A DNA stretch of 64,000 bases, from the NCBI GenBank assembly GCA_963843845.1, contig CAWJMB010000002.1:352001-416000 (forward strand). Direction: 5' to 3'. This document shows, piece after piece, positions 47,131 through 57,556 of this stretch. Position 1 is the stretch's first letter. Each line of letters begins with the position of its first letter. Made by a program: the position numbers and the translations under genes. The stretch comes from an uncultured Gemmatimonadaceae bacterium (GTDB taxonomy: Bacteria; Gemmatimonadota; Gemmatimonadetes; Gemmatimonadales; Gemmatimonadaceae). The notes beneath the pieces are model-generated. The model was not told where the DNA came from. It was given only the letters and a program-made list of their open reading frames with translations, and searched no databases.

Positions 47131-47568
47131 TCAGCGCCGCGCCGCGAGCGGGTGCCGCCATCGGAGTCCGGGAAATCGCGCGAAGTCCCGGTCCGTCGTG
47201 ATCCACTCCGCGCCGCTCTCCAGGACGAGCGCCGCGTGGTAGGCGTCGGGCACGAGATTGCCGCGCGCCGCGCCGGACCGACACAGGTCGACGAAAATCG
47301 TCCAGTGGCGCACGCCGGGCCGCAGGGGGACGGCGCGCGGTTGCCGTCGCAGCGCGTCGACATACGCCAGCGCGTCGTCGAGCGGCATCGGCGGATCGAA
47401 GACGCGCGGATGTGTCAACACGCGTACGGCGCCGGAGAGCACGACCTCGGACAGCCCGACCGCTTCCTCTCCGCGCATGGCACTCTCCAGCCAGCCACGA
47501 AACTCGTCGTGTCGCTCGGCGTCGTCGCGGGCCGCGTAGACGATGACGTTCACGTCGGGGACGATCAT
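47131..47568 (-). CDS. vapC: VapC PIN-domain toxin
   Basis: IVPDVNVIVYA, GNLVPDAYHAAL, TTDRDFARFPGL. Confidence 0.93.
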   Translation of the reverse strand: MIVPDVNVIVYAARDDAERHDEFRGWLESAMRGEEAVGLSEVVLSGAVRVLTHPRVFDPPMPLDDALAYVDALRRQPRAVPLRPGVRHWTIFVDLCRSGAARGNLVPDAYHAALVLESGAEWITTDRDFARFPGLRWRHPLAARR

Positions 47569-47813
47569 CGTACGACGCGATCGTCGTCCATCACGTCGAG
47601 GAGGTCGGCGTGGCTGTCCAGATTCACGCCGGGACGTACTCCGCGTCCGCCTGTGAAGACGGGAATGATCGGCGCGGCGTCCGATGGCGCTGACGCGAGG
47701 ACCGCGAGGCGAACCGCCTCCTCGATGAAATCGTTCAGCGATCGTCCTCCACTCGCCGCCCGCGCCTTCGCCTCACGCAGCAGCGAGTCATCCAGCCGAA
47801 TCGTGGTGCGCAT
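47565..47813 (-). CDS. vapB: VapB/CopG-type antitoxin
   Basis: MRTTIRLDDSLLREAK ribbon-helix-helix; stop overlaps the vapC start. Confidence 0.9.
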   Translation of the reverse strand: MRTTIRLDDSLLREAKARAASGGRSLNDFIEEAVRLAVLASAPSDAAPIIPVFTGGRGVRPGVNLDSHADLLDVMDDDRVVR

Positions 47814-47818
47814 GTCAA

Positions 47819-47847
47819 AACGTAATGTCGTGACATTTAAATGTCAA
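47819..47847 (-). promoter_or_regulatory. vapBC promoter with palindromic operator
   Basis: Minus strand TTGACA-N17-TACGTT, 5 nt before the vapB ATG; perfect palindrome TGACATTTAAATGTCA at 47831-47846. Confidence 0.72.
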
Positions 47848-49113
47848 GAATCGCGTGCGGCGGGTTCTCTGCTGTGTGCCCTGACTCTGTCGCTGTCGCT
47901 CGCTGCGAGCGCCGCGTCCGCCCAATCGAGTCGCCGACCGATCGCCGGCAGCGACTACCTGTATCTGTGGTCGTCGTCGGCCGACAGCGCGGGGGCGGAC
48001 TTCCTCGCCGTCTACGACGTGCGTGAGCCGTCGCCGCGCGAGCGTGGCGCCGCCGACCGCTACGGCACGCTCGTGACCACGATCGCCGTGCCGACGCGCG
48101 GCCACCGCACGCACCACACCGAGCACGTCATGCCGGCCGACGACCGGCTGTTCGCGAACGATTTCGGCTCTGGCCAGTCATTCGTGTTCGACCTCTCGAC
48201 GCCGACGGCCCCGCGCATCGTCCGACAGTTCGGCGACGTCGGCGCGCTCATGCACCCGCACAGCTTCTGGCGCCTGCCGAATGGCAACGTGCTCGCGACG
48301 TTCCAGATGCAGCACGACGCGTCAGGCACCGCGCCCGGCGGCCTCGCCGAGCTGACGCCGGCCGGCGACGTCGTGCGCGCCGCGTCGGCGACCGGCCCCG
48401 GGAGCGATCGTCACGCGCGGCCGTACTCGGCGGCGATCCTTCCCGCCCTCGATCGCGTCGTCGTGACGACGACCGACATGCACGCCACCGACTCGACGCG
48501 CGCCGTGCAGCTCTGGCGGCTGTCCGACCTCACGCCGCTCCGATCGATCGAGCTCCCCGCCGGCCCGCGCGGCGACGAAGGCTACTTCTCCGCCGAACCA
48601 CGCGTACTGGGCGACGGGCGGGTGCTCGTGTCGACGTTCAACTGCGCGCTCTACCTGGTGAGCGGCGTCGCGAGCGCGGCGCCGAGTGCCCGGCTCGTCG
48701 CGTCGTTCCCACGCATGGAGGGAGCGTACTGCGCGGTGCCGGTCCTGGCCGGTCGCTATTACCTCATCACCGTGCCGGCGTGGAACGCCGTCGTGAGCCT
48801 CGACGTGTCGGACCCGGCGCACCCGCGCGAAGTGTCGCGCCTGACGTTGGGCACGAACGACGTCCCGCACTGGATCGGCATCGAGCCGAACCACCAGCGC
48901 GTCGTCATCACCGGCTACCAGGCCATGAAGACGCGCGTCGTCATCGCGCGCTTCGACGAGACGAACGGGCGCCTCACGATCGACGACCGGTTCCGTGCCG
49001 CCGACGGCGACGAGGTGGGCCTTCGCATGGAAGGGATCGCGTGGCCGCACGGCGGGCGCGGCGCGGCGATCCCGCACGGCGCCGTGTTCAGCCGCCCGGC
49101 GCCTCGGCCGTAG
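47841..49113 (+). CDS. Secreted beta-propeller protein, selenium-binding protein/methanethiol oxidase-like; start uncertain
   Basis: Signal-like LLCALTLSLSLAASAASAQ; DFLAVYDV, HHTEH, HPHSF, PHW, PHGAVF. Confidence 0.65.
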
Positions 49114-49286
49114 CGACGCGATGAGCCGTCGGGGCGCGACGCCAGCCGGTCGTGCGCCCGAGCGGCCGCTCGGACGCCGACGCCGCGCGGCGTGGACGTT
49201 GCGATGGCCGCCGGTCGGCGCGCGCCACGCCGCGCAGTCACGTGCGCGCCCGCGACGACCCGCCCTTTCATTCCTCTCGGAGCCGC

Positions 49287-49643
49287 ATGCCACTGACCGA
49301 TTCGCAGCGCGAGCACCTCACGCGCCGCCTGCAGGACGAACGCAAGCGCGTGCAAGCGCTGCTCGCCCAGACGACGAGCGAGCTCGGCACCGCGGAGCAG
49401 GACGCCGCCGGCGACCTCTCGAAGTTCCCGACGCACAGCGCCGACGAAGGCACCGACACGTTCGACACGGAGCTCGACGCGCAGCAGGCGACGCGCCTCA
49501 CGAGCGAGCTGCAACAGATCGACGACGCGCTCGAGCGGATGTACCGCGAGCCCGAGTCGTTCGGCCGCGACGAGGAGAGCGGCGACGAGATTCCCTTCGA
49601 GCGGCTCGACGTGATTCCGTGGGCGCGGCGCACCGTGCGGTAG
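49287..49643 (+). CDS. TraR/DksA (YteA-like) family protein without Zn-finger cysteines
   Basis: Coiled coil with THSADEGTDTF, IDDALERM, then FGRDEESGDEIPFERLDVIPWAR. Confidence 0.8.
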   Translation: MPLTDSQREHLTRRLQDERKRVQALLAQTTSELGTAEQDAAGDLSKFPTHSADEGTDTFDTELDAQQATRLTSELQQIDDALERMYREPESFGRDEESGDEIPFERLDVIPWARRTVR

Positions 49644-49673
49644 CGAGCGGCGGTGATCGCGAGCGAGTCGGCG

Positions 49674-50651
49674 ATGCAGTGGAAGAGTGTCTATGGTGGT
49701 GGGCGGCTGGATCGCGCAGGAGCGCAGCGCAAGGACGGTGACTGGAGCGCGGCGCAGCGGCGGCACCCGCACGCCTTCGTCGTTCCGCTCTGGCAGGACC
49801 GCTGTCTCGTCCGCGACGACGCGGCGATCCGGGTGCCGGCGCGATCGTTGGGCGCCGCGGGAGGGGCGTGCGGGCCGCCGACGTCGTGGGTGCTGTTAGG
49901 CGTCGAGCCGGACGGCGCCCCGCTGTTCGCGGCGGACCTCGGCGACGACGAACGGCAGCGCGACGAGCTGCTGGCGTCGACGACCGCGTCGCCGTCGACC
50001 GTCGGCCCGGCGACGAGCGCGGCGTTCGCCGACCTGCGCGGCGTCACCCCGCGCCTCTCGGCCGACGACGCGGCGATGCTCGCCTACGCGCGCGGCATCC
50101 TGCTCTGGCACCGCCGCGCGCGCTACTGCGGCGTCTGCGGCGCGCCGACCGAGGCGCGCGACTGCGGTCACGTGCGTGCCTGCACGAATGCCGCGTGCGG
50201 CACCGAGCACCATCCGCGCACCGACCCGGCCGTCATCATGCTCGTCGAGCGGACCGCGGACGACGGCGAGCGTCGCTGTCTGCTCGCGCACCACGGGCGT
50301 CTCGCGCCGGGGATGTTCTCGACGCTCGCGGGTTTCGTGGAGCCGGGGGAGACGCTCGAGGAGGCGGTGGTGCGCGAAGTCGGCGAGGAGACCGGCGTGC
50401 GGTGCGAGGCGGCGCACTACCGCGGGTCGCAGCCGTGGCCGTTCCCGGCGTCGCTCATGATCGCGTTCCGCGCGATCGCGACGACCGAGGCGATCACCGT
50501 CGACGGGACCGAGGTGCGCGAGGCCCGCTGGTTCTCCGCGGCCGAGCTGCGCGCCGCCGGCGAGTGGGGTGACGAGGGGACGACGCTCATGCTGCCGCGC
50601 CGCGAGTCGATCGCGCGGAGCCTCATCGAGGAGTGGTTGGCGGAGCGGTGA
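49674..50651 (+). CDS. nudC: NAD(+)/NADH diphosphatase NudC
   Basis: YCGVCG Zn ribbon, PRTDPAVI, Nudix box GFVEPGETLEEAVVREVGEETG, SQPWPFPASLM. Confidence 0.95.
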   Translation: MQWKSVYGGGRLDRAGAQRKDGDWSAAQRRHPHAFVVPLWQDRCLVRDDAAIRVPARSLGAAGGACGPPTSWVLLGVEPDGAPLFAADLGDDERQRDELLASTTASPSTVGPATSAAFADLRGVTPRLSADDAAMLAYARGILLWHRRARYCGVCGAPTEARDCGHVRACTNAACGTEHHPRTDPAVIMLVERTADDGERRCLLAHHGRLAPGMFSTLAGFVEPGETLEEAVVREVGEETGVRCEAAHYRGSQPWPFPASLMIAFRAIATTEAITVDGTEVREARWFSAAELRAAGEWGDEGTTLMLPRRESIARSLIEEWLAER

Positions 50652-50690
50652 GCGGGGAGGGCGCGCCGCGCCGACGAACCCGCCCGTCCG

Positions 50691-50840
50691 CCCGTCCTCG
50701 TCCGTCGAACCGCATCACCGCGGTCGAACTGGAGTTGAACCGCGGTGATACGGCGGTGATACGGCGGTGATACGGCGGTGATACGGCGGTGATACGGCGG
50801 ATGAACGGCGGTGATGCGGACGAACTGGGGCGGACGAGGT
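50691..50840. repeat. Intergenic element with 11-bp tandem repeats (CGGTGATACGG, about 5 copies) flanked by inverted repeats
   Basis: Direct reading of the sequence; related to the element at 61677-61867. Confidence 0.8.
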
Positions 50841-50919
50841 GGAGTGGACAGAGCGGAATGAAGAAACCCCCCGGGGATGATCTCCCGGGGGGCTCCCTCC
50901 ACTGCCGACGAGCAGGTGC

Positions 50920-53900
50920 CTACCGAATCCGACCGGTGAGGCGCTCCGGCCGGACGAACACCTTCGGCAGTGAGAGCATCTGGAGCTTCTGCAGCATCTG
51001 TATCTGGAGCAGCGACTGCGGTGACCGCGCCGACCGCGCCGACGGCGCGACGATGGACGCGCCGACCGCCGTCGTGCGGACGGCCGTGCGCGTGGTGCCG
51101 CCGGCGACCGCGGCGCCCGGGAGGCTCGACGGGAAGTCGTAGCCGGTGGCGCTGAAGATCGTGCTGACGGCCGTGCCCGGCTGGAGCATCCACGTCGCGT
51201 TGAAGCCGGCCGCGCCCGTGAAGTCCGGGATGCTGACGTCCCACGCCGCCCCACCCGTGTAGCCGGACGTGACGAGGATCGACACGCTGCGCGTCGACGC
51301 GCCGCTGCTCGTCGCCTGCGACCAGTTCGCGTTGTAGAGGTTCGCGTATTCCGCCTGCACCGGCGCCTGGAGTCGGTAGCGGAGGTACGGCGCGCTGGCG
51401 ATCTGCGTGTTCGTCGGGATCGTCAGCACGGCCCCGAGGTTCAGCGTGATGTCGGACGGCGTGGTGAAGAACCGCCCGGCCGTGCGCATGGAGTAGTTCG
51501 CCGGGAGGCCGGTGCCGCTCGGCAGCTGGCTCCCCGAGACGACGAGCAGCTGCAGGTCCGAGCTGCGCAGACGCGCTGCCGGGATCGCGTAGAACGGCTG
51601 CGTCGCGCCACCCGTGACACCCACGCCGAGCGAGATCGGAATCCCCACGCTTCCCTGGGTCGAGTTGCCGACGAAGATCGTGCTCGCCGTCGACACGTCA
51701 CTGCCGATGTTGCCGATCGTCACGGTGCGGCGCTCCGGGTCGAACGCGTCGCTCCCGTTGAAGTCGAAGACCGGGATCGTCCCCGAGTAGTTCTGGTCGC
51801 GGCGGAGGATGACCTTCGCCGTCGTGAACGCGACGCTCGTTCCGGAGAACGCGCCGGTCAGGCGTGCGGCGACGTAGTCGCGCGCTCCGTCCGGCACGCT
51901 GTCGAGCGTGAACGTCGTCGCCGGCGGGCTCACGGTCGCGAGGCGGCCGGAGGTGCCGATGTAGACCTGGTCGGGGATGAAGCCCGTCGTGCCGGCGCCG
52001 GCGACCGAGCCGGTGAGGCGCTTGCTGCCGCCCGTCCCGGAGACGCACTGCGACGTTCCGTACGCTGTCAGCTCCGCCGTCGTGCCGTAGTACACGACCG
52101 TGTTGAAGCCGCCGGCGCCGTTCGGCGTGACGATGGCGACACCGCCGCGGCCGGACGCGACGTCGAACCGGTACAGGTTGCTCGTCCCCGTCACCTGCGT
52201 CCACGCGCCGGTGCCGTCCTGGACCGCGACCCAGATCGGGATGTTGTTGGCGTCGCAGAACTGGTAGGCGATCGCGCCGGTCGCTGCCGGCGTGACGGTG
52301 ACCGTCGACGTCGAGACCGTGCGGGTGATGCCGCCGGCGCTCGCCGTGATGACCGGGGTGAACGGCCCGGTCGGCGCCGCCGACGTCGACGTCAGCGTGA
52401 TCGTCGCGCGGTTCGACGTGATCGGCACGAGCAACGCCGCCGAGCGCGTCGACAGCGCGCGGTCCGCGCGGAGCGATGCGGTGCGAGACGCCCGCAGCGC
52501 CGTGGCGCGAAGGCCGAGCTGCACCGTGGTGGCCGGCGCGATCGTCGCCGTGACGCCGGCGGGGAGGCCGCTCACCGTGACGTCGACCGGATCGGCGAAG
52601 CCGCCGGTGCGGGCGATGTCGACGGTGATCGTCGTGGTGCCGCCACGCGGCAGGTTCACCGTCGCCGGCGAGACCGCGATCGTGAAGCTCCCAGTCGGGG
52701 CCGCGGTGATCGTGACGTTCAGCGTCGCGACCTGGTTCGTGATGCCGGCCGCGGTGCCGGTGATCGTCAGCGGATACGTTCCCGGCGCGAGCGTCGTCGC
52801 GGCGGCGAGAGTGATGCCGACGGTGTTGCCGGTCGTGCTGGCCGAAGCGAGGGTGGCGGTGAGGCCGGGCGGCGCGCCACCGATCGTGAGGCCGACCGCG
52901 TCGGCGAAGCCGCCGGTGCGGGTGAGGTTGACCGTCGCCGTGCCGGTCGCGCCCTGCACGAGCGAGACCGTCGTCGGGGCCACCGCGATCGTGAACGAGC
53001 CCGTCGCGGCCGCCGTGACGGTGACCGTCAGGGTGGCCGCCTGGTTCGTGAGCCCGGTCGCCGTTCCCGTGATGGTGATCGGGTAGGTGCCGGGCGCCAC
53101 CGTGGCGGCTGCGGCGATCGTGACGCCGACGCTGGTCCCCGTCGTGCTGGCCGACGCGAGCGTGACGGTGAGACCGGCCGGCGCCCCGGACGTCGTCAGC
53201 CCGACGCTGCCGGCGAAGCCGCCCGTGCGCGCGAGGTTGACCGTCGCCGTCGCGTTGCCGCCCTGCGGGATCGACAGCGTCGCCGGCGTGACGGTGACCG
53301 TATAGGTACCGGTCACCGTCGGGGCGGTGACGGTGAGCTGGAAGGTCGTCGTGCGGTCCGTGAGCCCCGCCGACGCGCCACGCACCGTCAGCGTGTAGGT
53401 CCCGGGAGCGACGGTCGAGGCGACCGCGATCGTGATCGCCGCTGTGTCGGCCGACGTCGGGTTCGGACCCACCGTCGCCGTCACGCCACTCGGCGCGCCT
53501 TCGACCGTGAGGTTGACGCCGGCCGTGAACGCGGTGCGCGTGACGTTGACGCGGGTGGTGCCGCTCGCGCCCGCGGCGATCGTCGCCGCGGTCGGGACGG
53601 CGATCGTGAACGCCGGCGTCGGGGCCGGGGCGGTCACGGTGAGCGTGAGCGTCGCCGTCTGCGTCGCGACGCCGGCGCCGCTGGCGGTCACGGTGAGCGG
53701 GTAGGTGCCCGGCGCGGTCGTCGCTGCCGTGGCGATCGTCAGCGCCGCGGAGGTCGTCGACGAGGTCAGGCTCGTCGGGGTGAACGTGGCGGTGACGCCG
53801 GTCGGCGCCCCCGTGACGGCCACGTTCACGGCGCCGGTGAACCCGCCGCCGCGCGTCAGGTTGAACGTCGTCGTGCTCGAGGTGCCGGCGACGAGGCTGA

Positions 53901-54018
53901 GCGTGGCGCCCGAGCCGGTGAACGTGATCGTCGGCGTCTGGCCCCCGCCGGTCGGGGGGTCGTCGTCGCCGCCGCACGCCGCGACGAACGCGACGGCGGT
54001 GGCGAGCAGGACTCGCAT
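50920..54018 (-). CDS. Large Thr/Gly-rich surface lipoprotein with about five tandem Ig-like repeats
   Basis: Lipobox FVAAC; repeats with the pattern RTGGFAGxVxLT...APGTYPLTITGT. Confidence 0.85.
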   Translation of the reverse strand: MRVLLATAVAFVAACGGDDDPPTGGGQTPTITFTGSGATLSLVAGTSSTTTFNLTRGGGFTGAVNVAVTGAPTGVTATFTPTSLTSSTTSAALTIATAATTAPGTYPLTVTASGAGVATQTATLTLTVTAPAPTPAFTIAVPTAATIAAGASGTTRVNVTRTAFTAGVNLTVEGAPSGVTATVGPNPTSADTAAITIAVASTVAPGTYTLTVRGASAGLTDRTTTFQLTVTAPTVTGTYTVTVTPATLSIPQGGNATATVNLARTGGFAGSVGLTTSGAPAGLTVTLASASTTGTSVGVTIAAAATVAPGTYPITITGTATGLTNQAATLTVTVTAAATGSFTIAVAPTTVSLVQGATGTATVNLTRTGGFADAVGLTIGGAPPGLTATLASASTTGNTVGITLAAATTLAPGTYPLTITGTAAGITNQVATLNVTITAAPTGSFTIAVSPATVNLPRGGTTTITVDIARTGGFADPVDVTVSGLPAGVTATIAPATTVQLGLRATALRASRTASLRADRALSTRSAALLVPITSNRATITLTSTSAAPTGPFTPVITASAGGITRTVSTSTVTVTPAATGAIAYQFCDANNIPIWVAVQDGTGAWTQVTGTSNLYRFDVASGRGGVAIVTPNGAGGFNTVVYYGTTAELTAYGTSQCVSGTGGSKRLTGSVAGAGTTGFIPDQVYIGTSGRLATVSPPATTFTLDSVPDGARDYVAARLTGAFSGTSVAFTTAKVILRRDQNYSGTIPVFDFNGSDAFDPERRTVTIGNIGSDVSTASTIFVGNSTQGSVGIPISLGVGVTGGATQPFYAIPAARLRSSDLQLLVVSGSQLPSGTGLPANYSMRTAGRFFTTPSDITLNLGAVLTIPTNTQIASAPYLRYRLQAPVQAEYANLYNANWSQATSSGASTRSVSILVTSGYTGGAAWDVSIPDFTGAAGFNATWMLQPGTAVSTIFSATGYDFPSSLPGAAVAGGTTRTAVRTTAVGASIVAPSARSARSPQSLLQIQMLQKLQMLSLPKVFVRPERLTGRIR

Positions 54019-54114
54019 GGAGAGTGAGACAACGCGCTGCAACGGAACCTCCGGGTAGATACACGAGCCTCGCCACCCGGTCCGGGCGCCTCCCGGCGGG
54101 GGCGAAGCGGGTGC

Positions 54115-54160
54115 ATGCTAGGAGGAGGGCGTCACGTGAGTGTCTCCTGAGTGTCTCCTG
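54115..54160 (-). promoter_or_regulatory. 11-bp direct repeats (CAGGAGACACT x2) upstream of a TAGCAT -10-like element; candidate SARP binding site
   Basis: tgagtgtctcc-tgagtgtctcc at 54137-54158, between the SARP gene and the lipoprotein gene. Confidence 0.5.
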
Positions 54161-54204
54161 GGGGAAAATCCTCGTGCTCGGTGACGGCGGGGAGGGAACA
54201 CGCC

Positions 54205-57200
54205 CTACCGACGCCGCGGCGCCCGCCATACCGGCGCGACGACTTCCCGGAACGCGGCCTCTCCCTGGCGGACGATCCGGTCCCCGACCGCGCGTGCCCG
54301 GGCCGCCCCGCTCGCGTCGCCGAGCGCCGACCGCAGCTCGGCGCGACAGCGCTCGACGGTCGGGATGGTCGACTCGCCGAGTCCGATGTCGAGATCGGCG
54401 GCGTCGCACCAGCGGAGCGCCTGGTCGGGTCGCCCCCGGTCGCGGTCGATCGCCGCGTGCAGCAGGAGCCGAGTCGGGAGCGGATACGCGAACAGACTCG
54501 CGAATCGGGGGGTCCGCCGCCACGCGTCGTCCGCCGCCCGGGCCGCGCCGTCGCGGTCACCGGTCGCGCGCGCGATCCAGGCACGCAGCTCGAGGGCGAG
54601 CGCCGCGCCCTGTGCGACGTGCGCGGAGTCGAGCGCGCGTGCGCCGACCGTGAGGAGCGCGAGCTCCTCGCGCGCCCGGTCGAGTCGGCCGGCATTCACG
54701 GCGAGCACCCCACGGAGGAACGGCCGGAGCGCGGGTCGGAGCGCTGCCTGCTCACGCAGCGCCATCTGCTGCTCAGTGCCGCCACGCGGTAAAGACCGTG
54801 TCGTGTCGCTGGCGCGAATCGGCGACTCGGGGAGGAAGGCTGACGGCGTGGCGAGCGCACCGGCGGGAGCGATGAACGCAGCGAGCGACGCCTGCGTCTC
54901 GTCTGCGGTGAGCGGATCGAGACGAGCGGCCGACGTCAGCGCATCAGCAGTGGCGCGCCACTGGCCGGCGCCTGCGAGAAGCTGAGCCTGTGCCAGCCGG
55001 CTCATCAGCCGGACTTCGGCCGGTCGGTCCGGGACGTCGAGCGCGCGGGCGAGGCGGAGCGCCGTCGGCAGATCGCGCGCGATCAGCGCGACGCGCCAGG
55101 CGACGACGAGCACGCGGTTCTGTCCACCGACGTCGGTCGCCGGGACGCGCATTGACTCGGCGACGAGGCGGTCGATGGCGCCACGGTCGCCGTGCAGTGT
55201 CGCGGCGAGGACGGCGAACTCGAACAGACTCTCGTGCGCCGGCGCACGGCGCGTGAGCCAGGTGCTCAGGGAGTCGAACAGCGCGACGCGCCCGCCGAGC
55301 GCGGCGAGGCGGGCCAGGTGCAGCCGCGCGCTGACGTTCGTCGAGTCGATCGCGAGCACGCGCTCGAACAGCGGCGCGGCGGAGCGCATCGGCTCGACGA
55401 CCTCGTGCCCGGAGTGATTGCGCAGCTCCCCCCACTGGTGCCAGACCTCGAAATCGTCGGGGTAGCGCGTCGCCGCGACGCGGAACTCGCTGTCGGCGGC
55501 CGCGGTCATGGCGCGTTGCTGATGCAGGTATGCTTGCAGCAACAGCCGGTCGCGCGCCGGAAGCCGAGTCGAGAAGCGAGCCGCGTTCGCCGCGGCCTGC
55601 GCGGCTGTCATGTCCGTCTGGACGTTGCCGCCCCAGTCGAGCGTACGGCTCAAGCGGAACCAGGCGAGCGCGAACGTCGAGTCGAACGTCGTCGCCTCCG
55701 CGTATGCCCGCGCCGCGTCGGCGAATCGTCCGGTCGCGAACAGGCGTTCGCCGGCGAGGTAGCGGCGTAGTGCCGGAAGTGACGGTGTCGTCACCGTCGC
55801 GACAGCGCCTAACGACTGGGGCGACGTCGTCGCAACCGTGGAGACGACGTGCCGGCTCAGGCTGTCGACCGCGGCGAACAGGTCGCGCTCCTCGACCGGC
55901 GGCGACGTGACGCGCGCGACGACGCGCCCTTCCGTATCGTAGATCGTCGCGATGAGCGCCAGCCGTCGCCCCTCCGTCGCGACAGCGGCGCCGAGTACGA
56001 AGTGGGGCGCGTCGGCTCGGCGAGCGATGGCGAGCGCCTCGGCGACGGATTCGGGGTGGGGGTCGCCGCCGGCGGCGGGGGCGAGCTGGCGTGGGTCGAC
56101 GACGCGGATACCGGCGGTGCCGTCAAGCTGCGCCGCCATCAACTCGACGACGCCGTCGGACAGATACGCCATCGACGCGCCACCGCCGCGGACGTCGAAC
56201 GGAAAGAGCGCGAGTCGCGCCTCGCCCGCGATCGTCCCGGCGACCCCGTTCACCGTCGCCAGCGCGCTGGCGCGTGTGTCGGTCTGCCGCGTCGGCTGCC
56301 TCGCCAGTCCGCCGAGGATGACGGCGACGGCGGCGACGACGGCGACGCCGGCCGTCAGTGTCCACGCGTCGGCGCGCCGTCGGCGCACGCGCGGAGGGAA
56401 GGCACCCCGCGCTCGCTGCTCCGTCGCTGGCTGGACCGTCGCCGTCGGCGGACTCGGCGCCGTCGACTCGGTCGCGACCGGTCCTCCGCGTTCCGCGGGC
56501 TCGGACGCTGACGCCAGCGACTGGGCCACTGATGGGTCAGTCGCCGCACCGCCATCGAACGCTGGCGCGACACGCGACGGCCGATCGGTCGGGGCCGGTC
56601 GCTGCCGCGCGCGCCGCACGATCGCCGCCGTCGCCTCGGACGGCTCCGCGTCGAACTCGGAGCGAAGCCACGTGGCGTATCGCTCGTACTCGCGAAGTGC
56701 GGCGGCGGGATCGCCGGCCGCGACGAGCGCGTCGAGCAACACGCGCAGCGCTCCCTCGTCGGCAGCGTCGTGCGCGACGGCCCATCGTGCCCACCGCACC
56801 GCCTCGTCGAACTCAGCGGCCGCGACCGCGGCGCGCGCGAGCCCCGTCGCCGCACCGACGACACGCTGACGCAATCGGAGCCGCTCACCATCGACCCACT
56901 GCTCCCACTCCGCCACGTCGTCGACGTGAAAGCCGGCGAGCAGGTCGCCGAGGTAGCGCGGCAGACCGTCGGCGGGACGGCCGGCGTCGAGCGTGTCGAC
57001 GAGCGTCCACAGATCGCAGTCGACGCGCGACGGGTCGAGCCCGACGACTTCGTCGCCCTGCGTGACGAGTGTCTCCGCCCCCAACGCTGCCCGGAGGTGC
57101 GAGAGGCCGCGGCGCAGTGCGGCGCGCGCGCGGTCGGTCGGCATCTCCGGCCACAGGCGCGCGACGAGCTGGTCGCGCCGCAACAGCGTGCCCCGTCCGC

Positions 57201-57354
57201 CGAGGGCGAGCGTGGCGAGGAGCGCGGCGCGTTTCGGCTGCGCGGCGAGCGTCGGGTGCGGGCGCCCATCCACGCCGACGACCCCCAGCCCGCCGAGGAG
57301 CTGAAGGAGAATGCGACGATCCGGCGAAGCCGCGTCCGGCCGAGGGGTGGGCAT
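54205..57354 (-). CDS. SARP/BTAD-domain transmembrane transcriptional regulator with TolB-like and TPR C-terminal region
   Basis: LQLLGGL...QPKRAALLATLA...LRRDQLVARLWPE...LRRGLSHLR, BTAD region, a single TM, then LALFPF and TPRs. Confidence 0.85.
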   Translation of the reverse strand: MPTPRPDAASPDRRILLQLLGGLGVVGVDGRPHPTLAAQPKRAALLATLALGGRGTLLRRDQLVARLWPEMPTDRARAALRRGLSHLRAALGAETLVTQGDEVVGLDPSRVDCDLWTLVDTLDAGRPADGLPRYLGDLLAGFHVDDVAEWEQWVDGERLRLRQRVVGAATGLARAAVAAAEFDEAVRWARWAVAHDAADEGALRVLLDALVAAGDPAAALREYERYATWLRSEFDAEPSEATAAIVRRARQRPAPTDRPSRVAPAFDGGAATDPSVAQSLASASEPAERGGPVATESTAPSPPTATVQPATEQRARGAFPPRVRRRRADAWTLTAGVAVVAAVAVILGGLARQPTRQTDTRASALATVNGVAGTIAGEARLALFPFDVRGGGASMAYLSDGVVELMAAQLDGTAGIRVVDPRQLAPAAGGDPHPESVAEALAIARRADAPHFVLGAAVATEGRRLALIATIYDTEGRVVARVTSPPVEERDLFAAVDSLSRHVVSTVATTSPQSLGAVATVTTPSLPALRRYLAGERLFATGRFADAARAYAEATTFDSTFALAWFRLSRTLDWGGNVQTDMTAAQAAANAARFSTRLPARDRLLLQAYLHQQRAMTAAADSEFRVAATRYPDDFEVWHQWGELRNHSGHEVVEPMRSAAPLFERVLAIDSTNVSARLHLARLAALGGRVALFDSLSTWLTRRAPAHESLFEFAVLAATLHGDRGAIDRLVAESMRVPATDVGGQNRVLVVAWRVALIARDLPTALRLARALDVPDRPAEVRLMSRLAQAQLLAGAGQWRATADALTSAARLDPLTADETQASLAAFIAPAGALATPSAFLPESPIRASDTTRSLPRGGTEQQMALREQAALRPALRPFLRGVLAVNAGRLDRAREELALLTVGARALDSAHVAQGAALALELRAWIARATGDRDGAARAADDAWRRTPRFASLFAYPLPTRLLLHAAIDRDRGRPDQALRWCDAADLDIGLGESTIPTVERCRAELRSALGDASGAARARAVGDRIVRQGEAAFREVVAPVWRAPRRR

Positions 57355-57556
57355 CGTCCGAACATAGCGCGCCGTGACGCGGGGGATAAAACAGACGTGT
57401 CGGACGGATGCGAGACCGCACGACGGCTGTCGCAACCGTGAGCCAGCCCGCGTTGTCGAAGGGGGACGCGCGCACCGGCGTCGGTGAAACAGCCGAAACA
57501 CGGCGGGCGCCGCCGCCGTAGCGACGACACCACGCCCCCGGTCCCGCGAGCTCCTC

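Noticed and set aside
47131..47847. vapBC as a marker of a mobile element
   Set aside because: No integrase, transposase or flanking direct repeats were seen; it looks like an isolated chromosomal TA module
50740..50815. Tandem repeat (and the similar one at 61677-61795) considered as a CRISPR array
   Set aside because: The units are contiguous 11-mers with no unique spacers, and no cas genes are in the window
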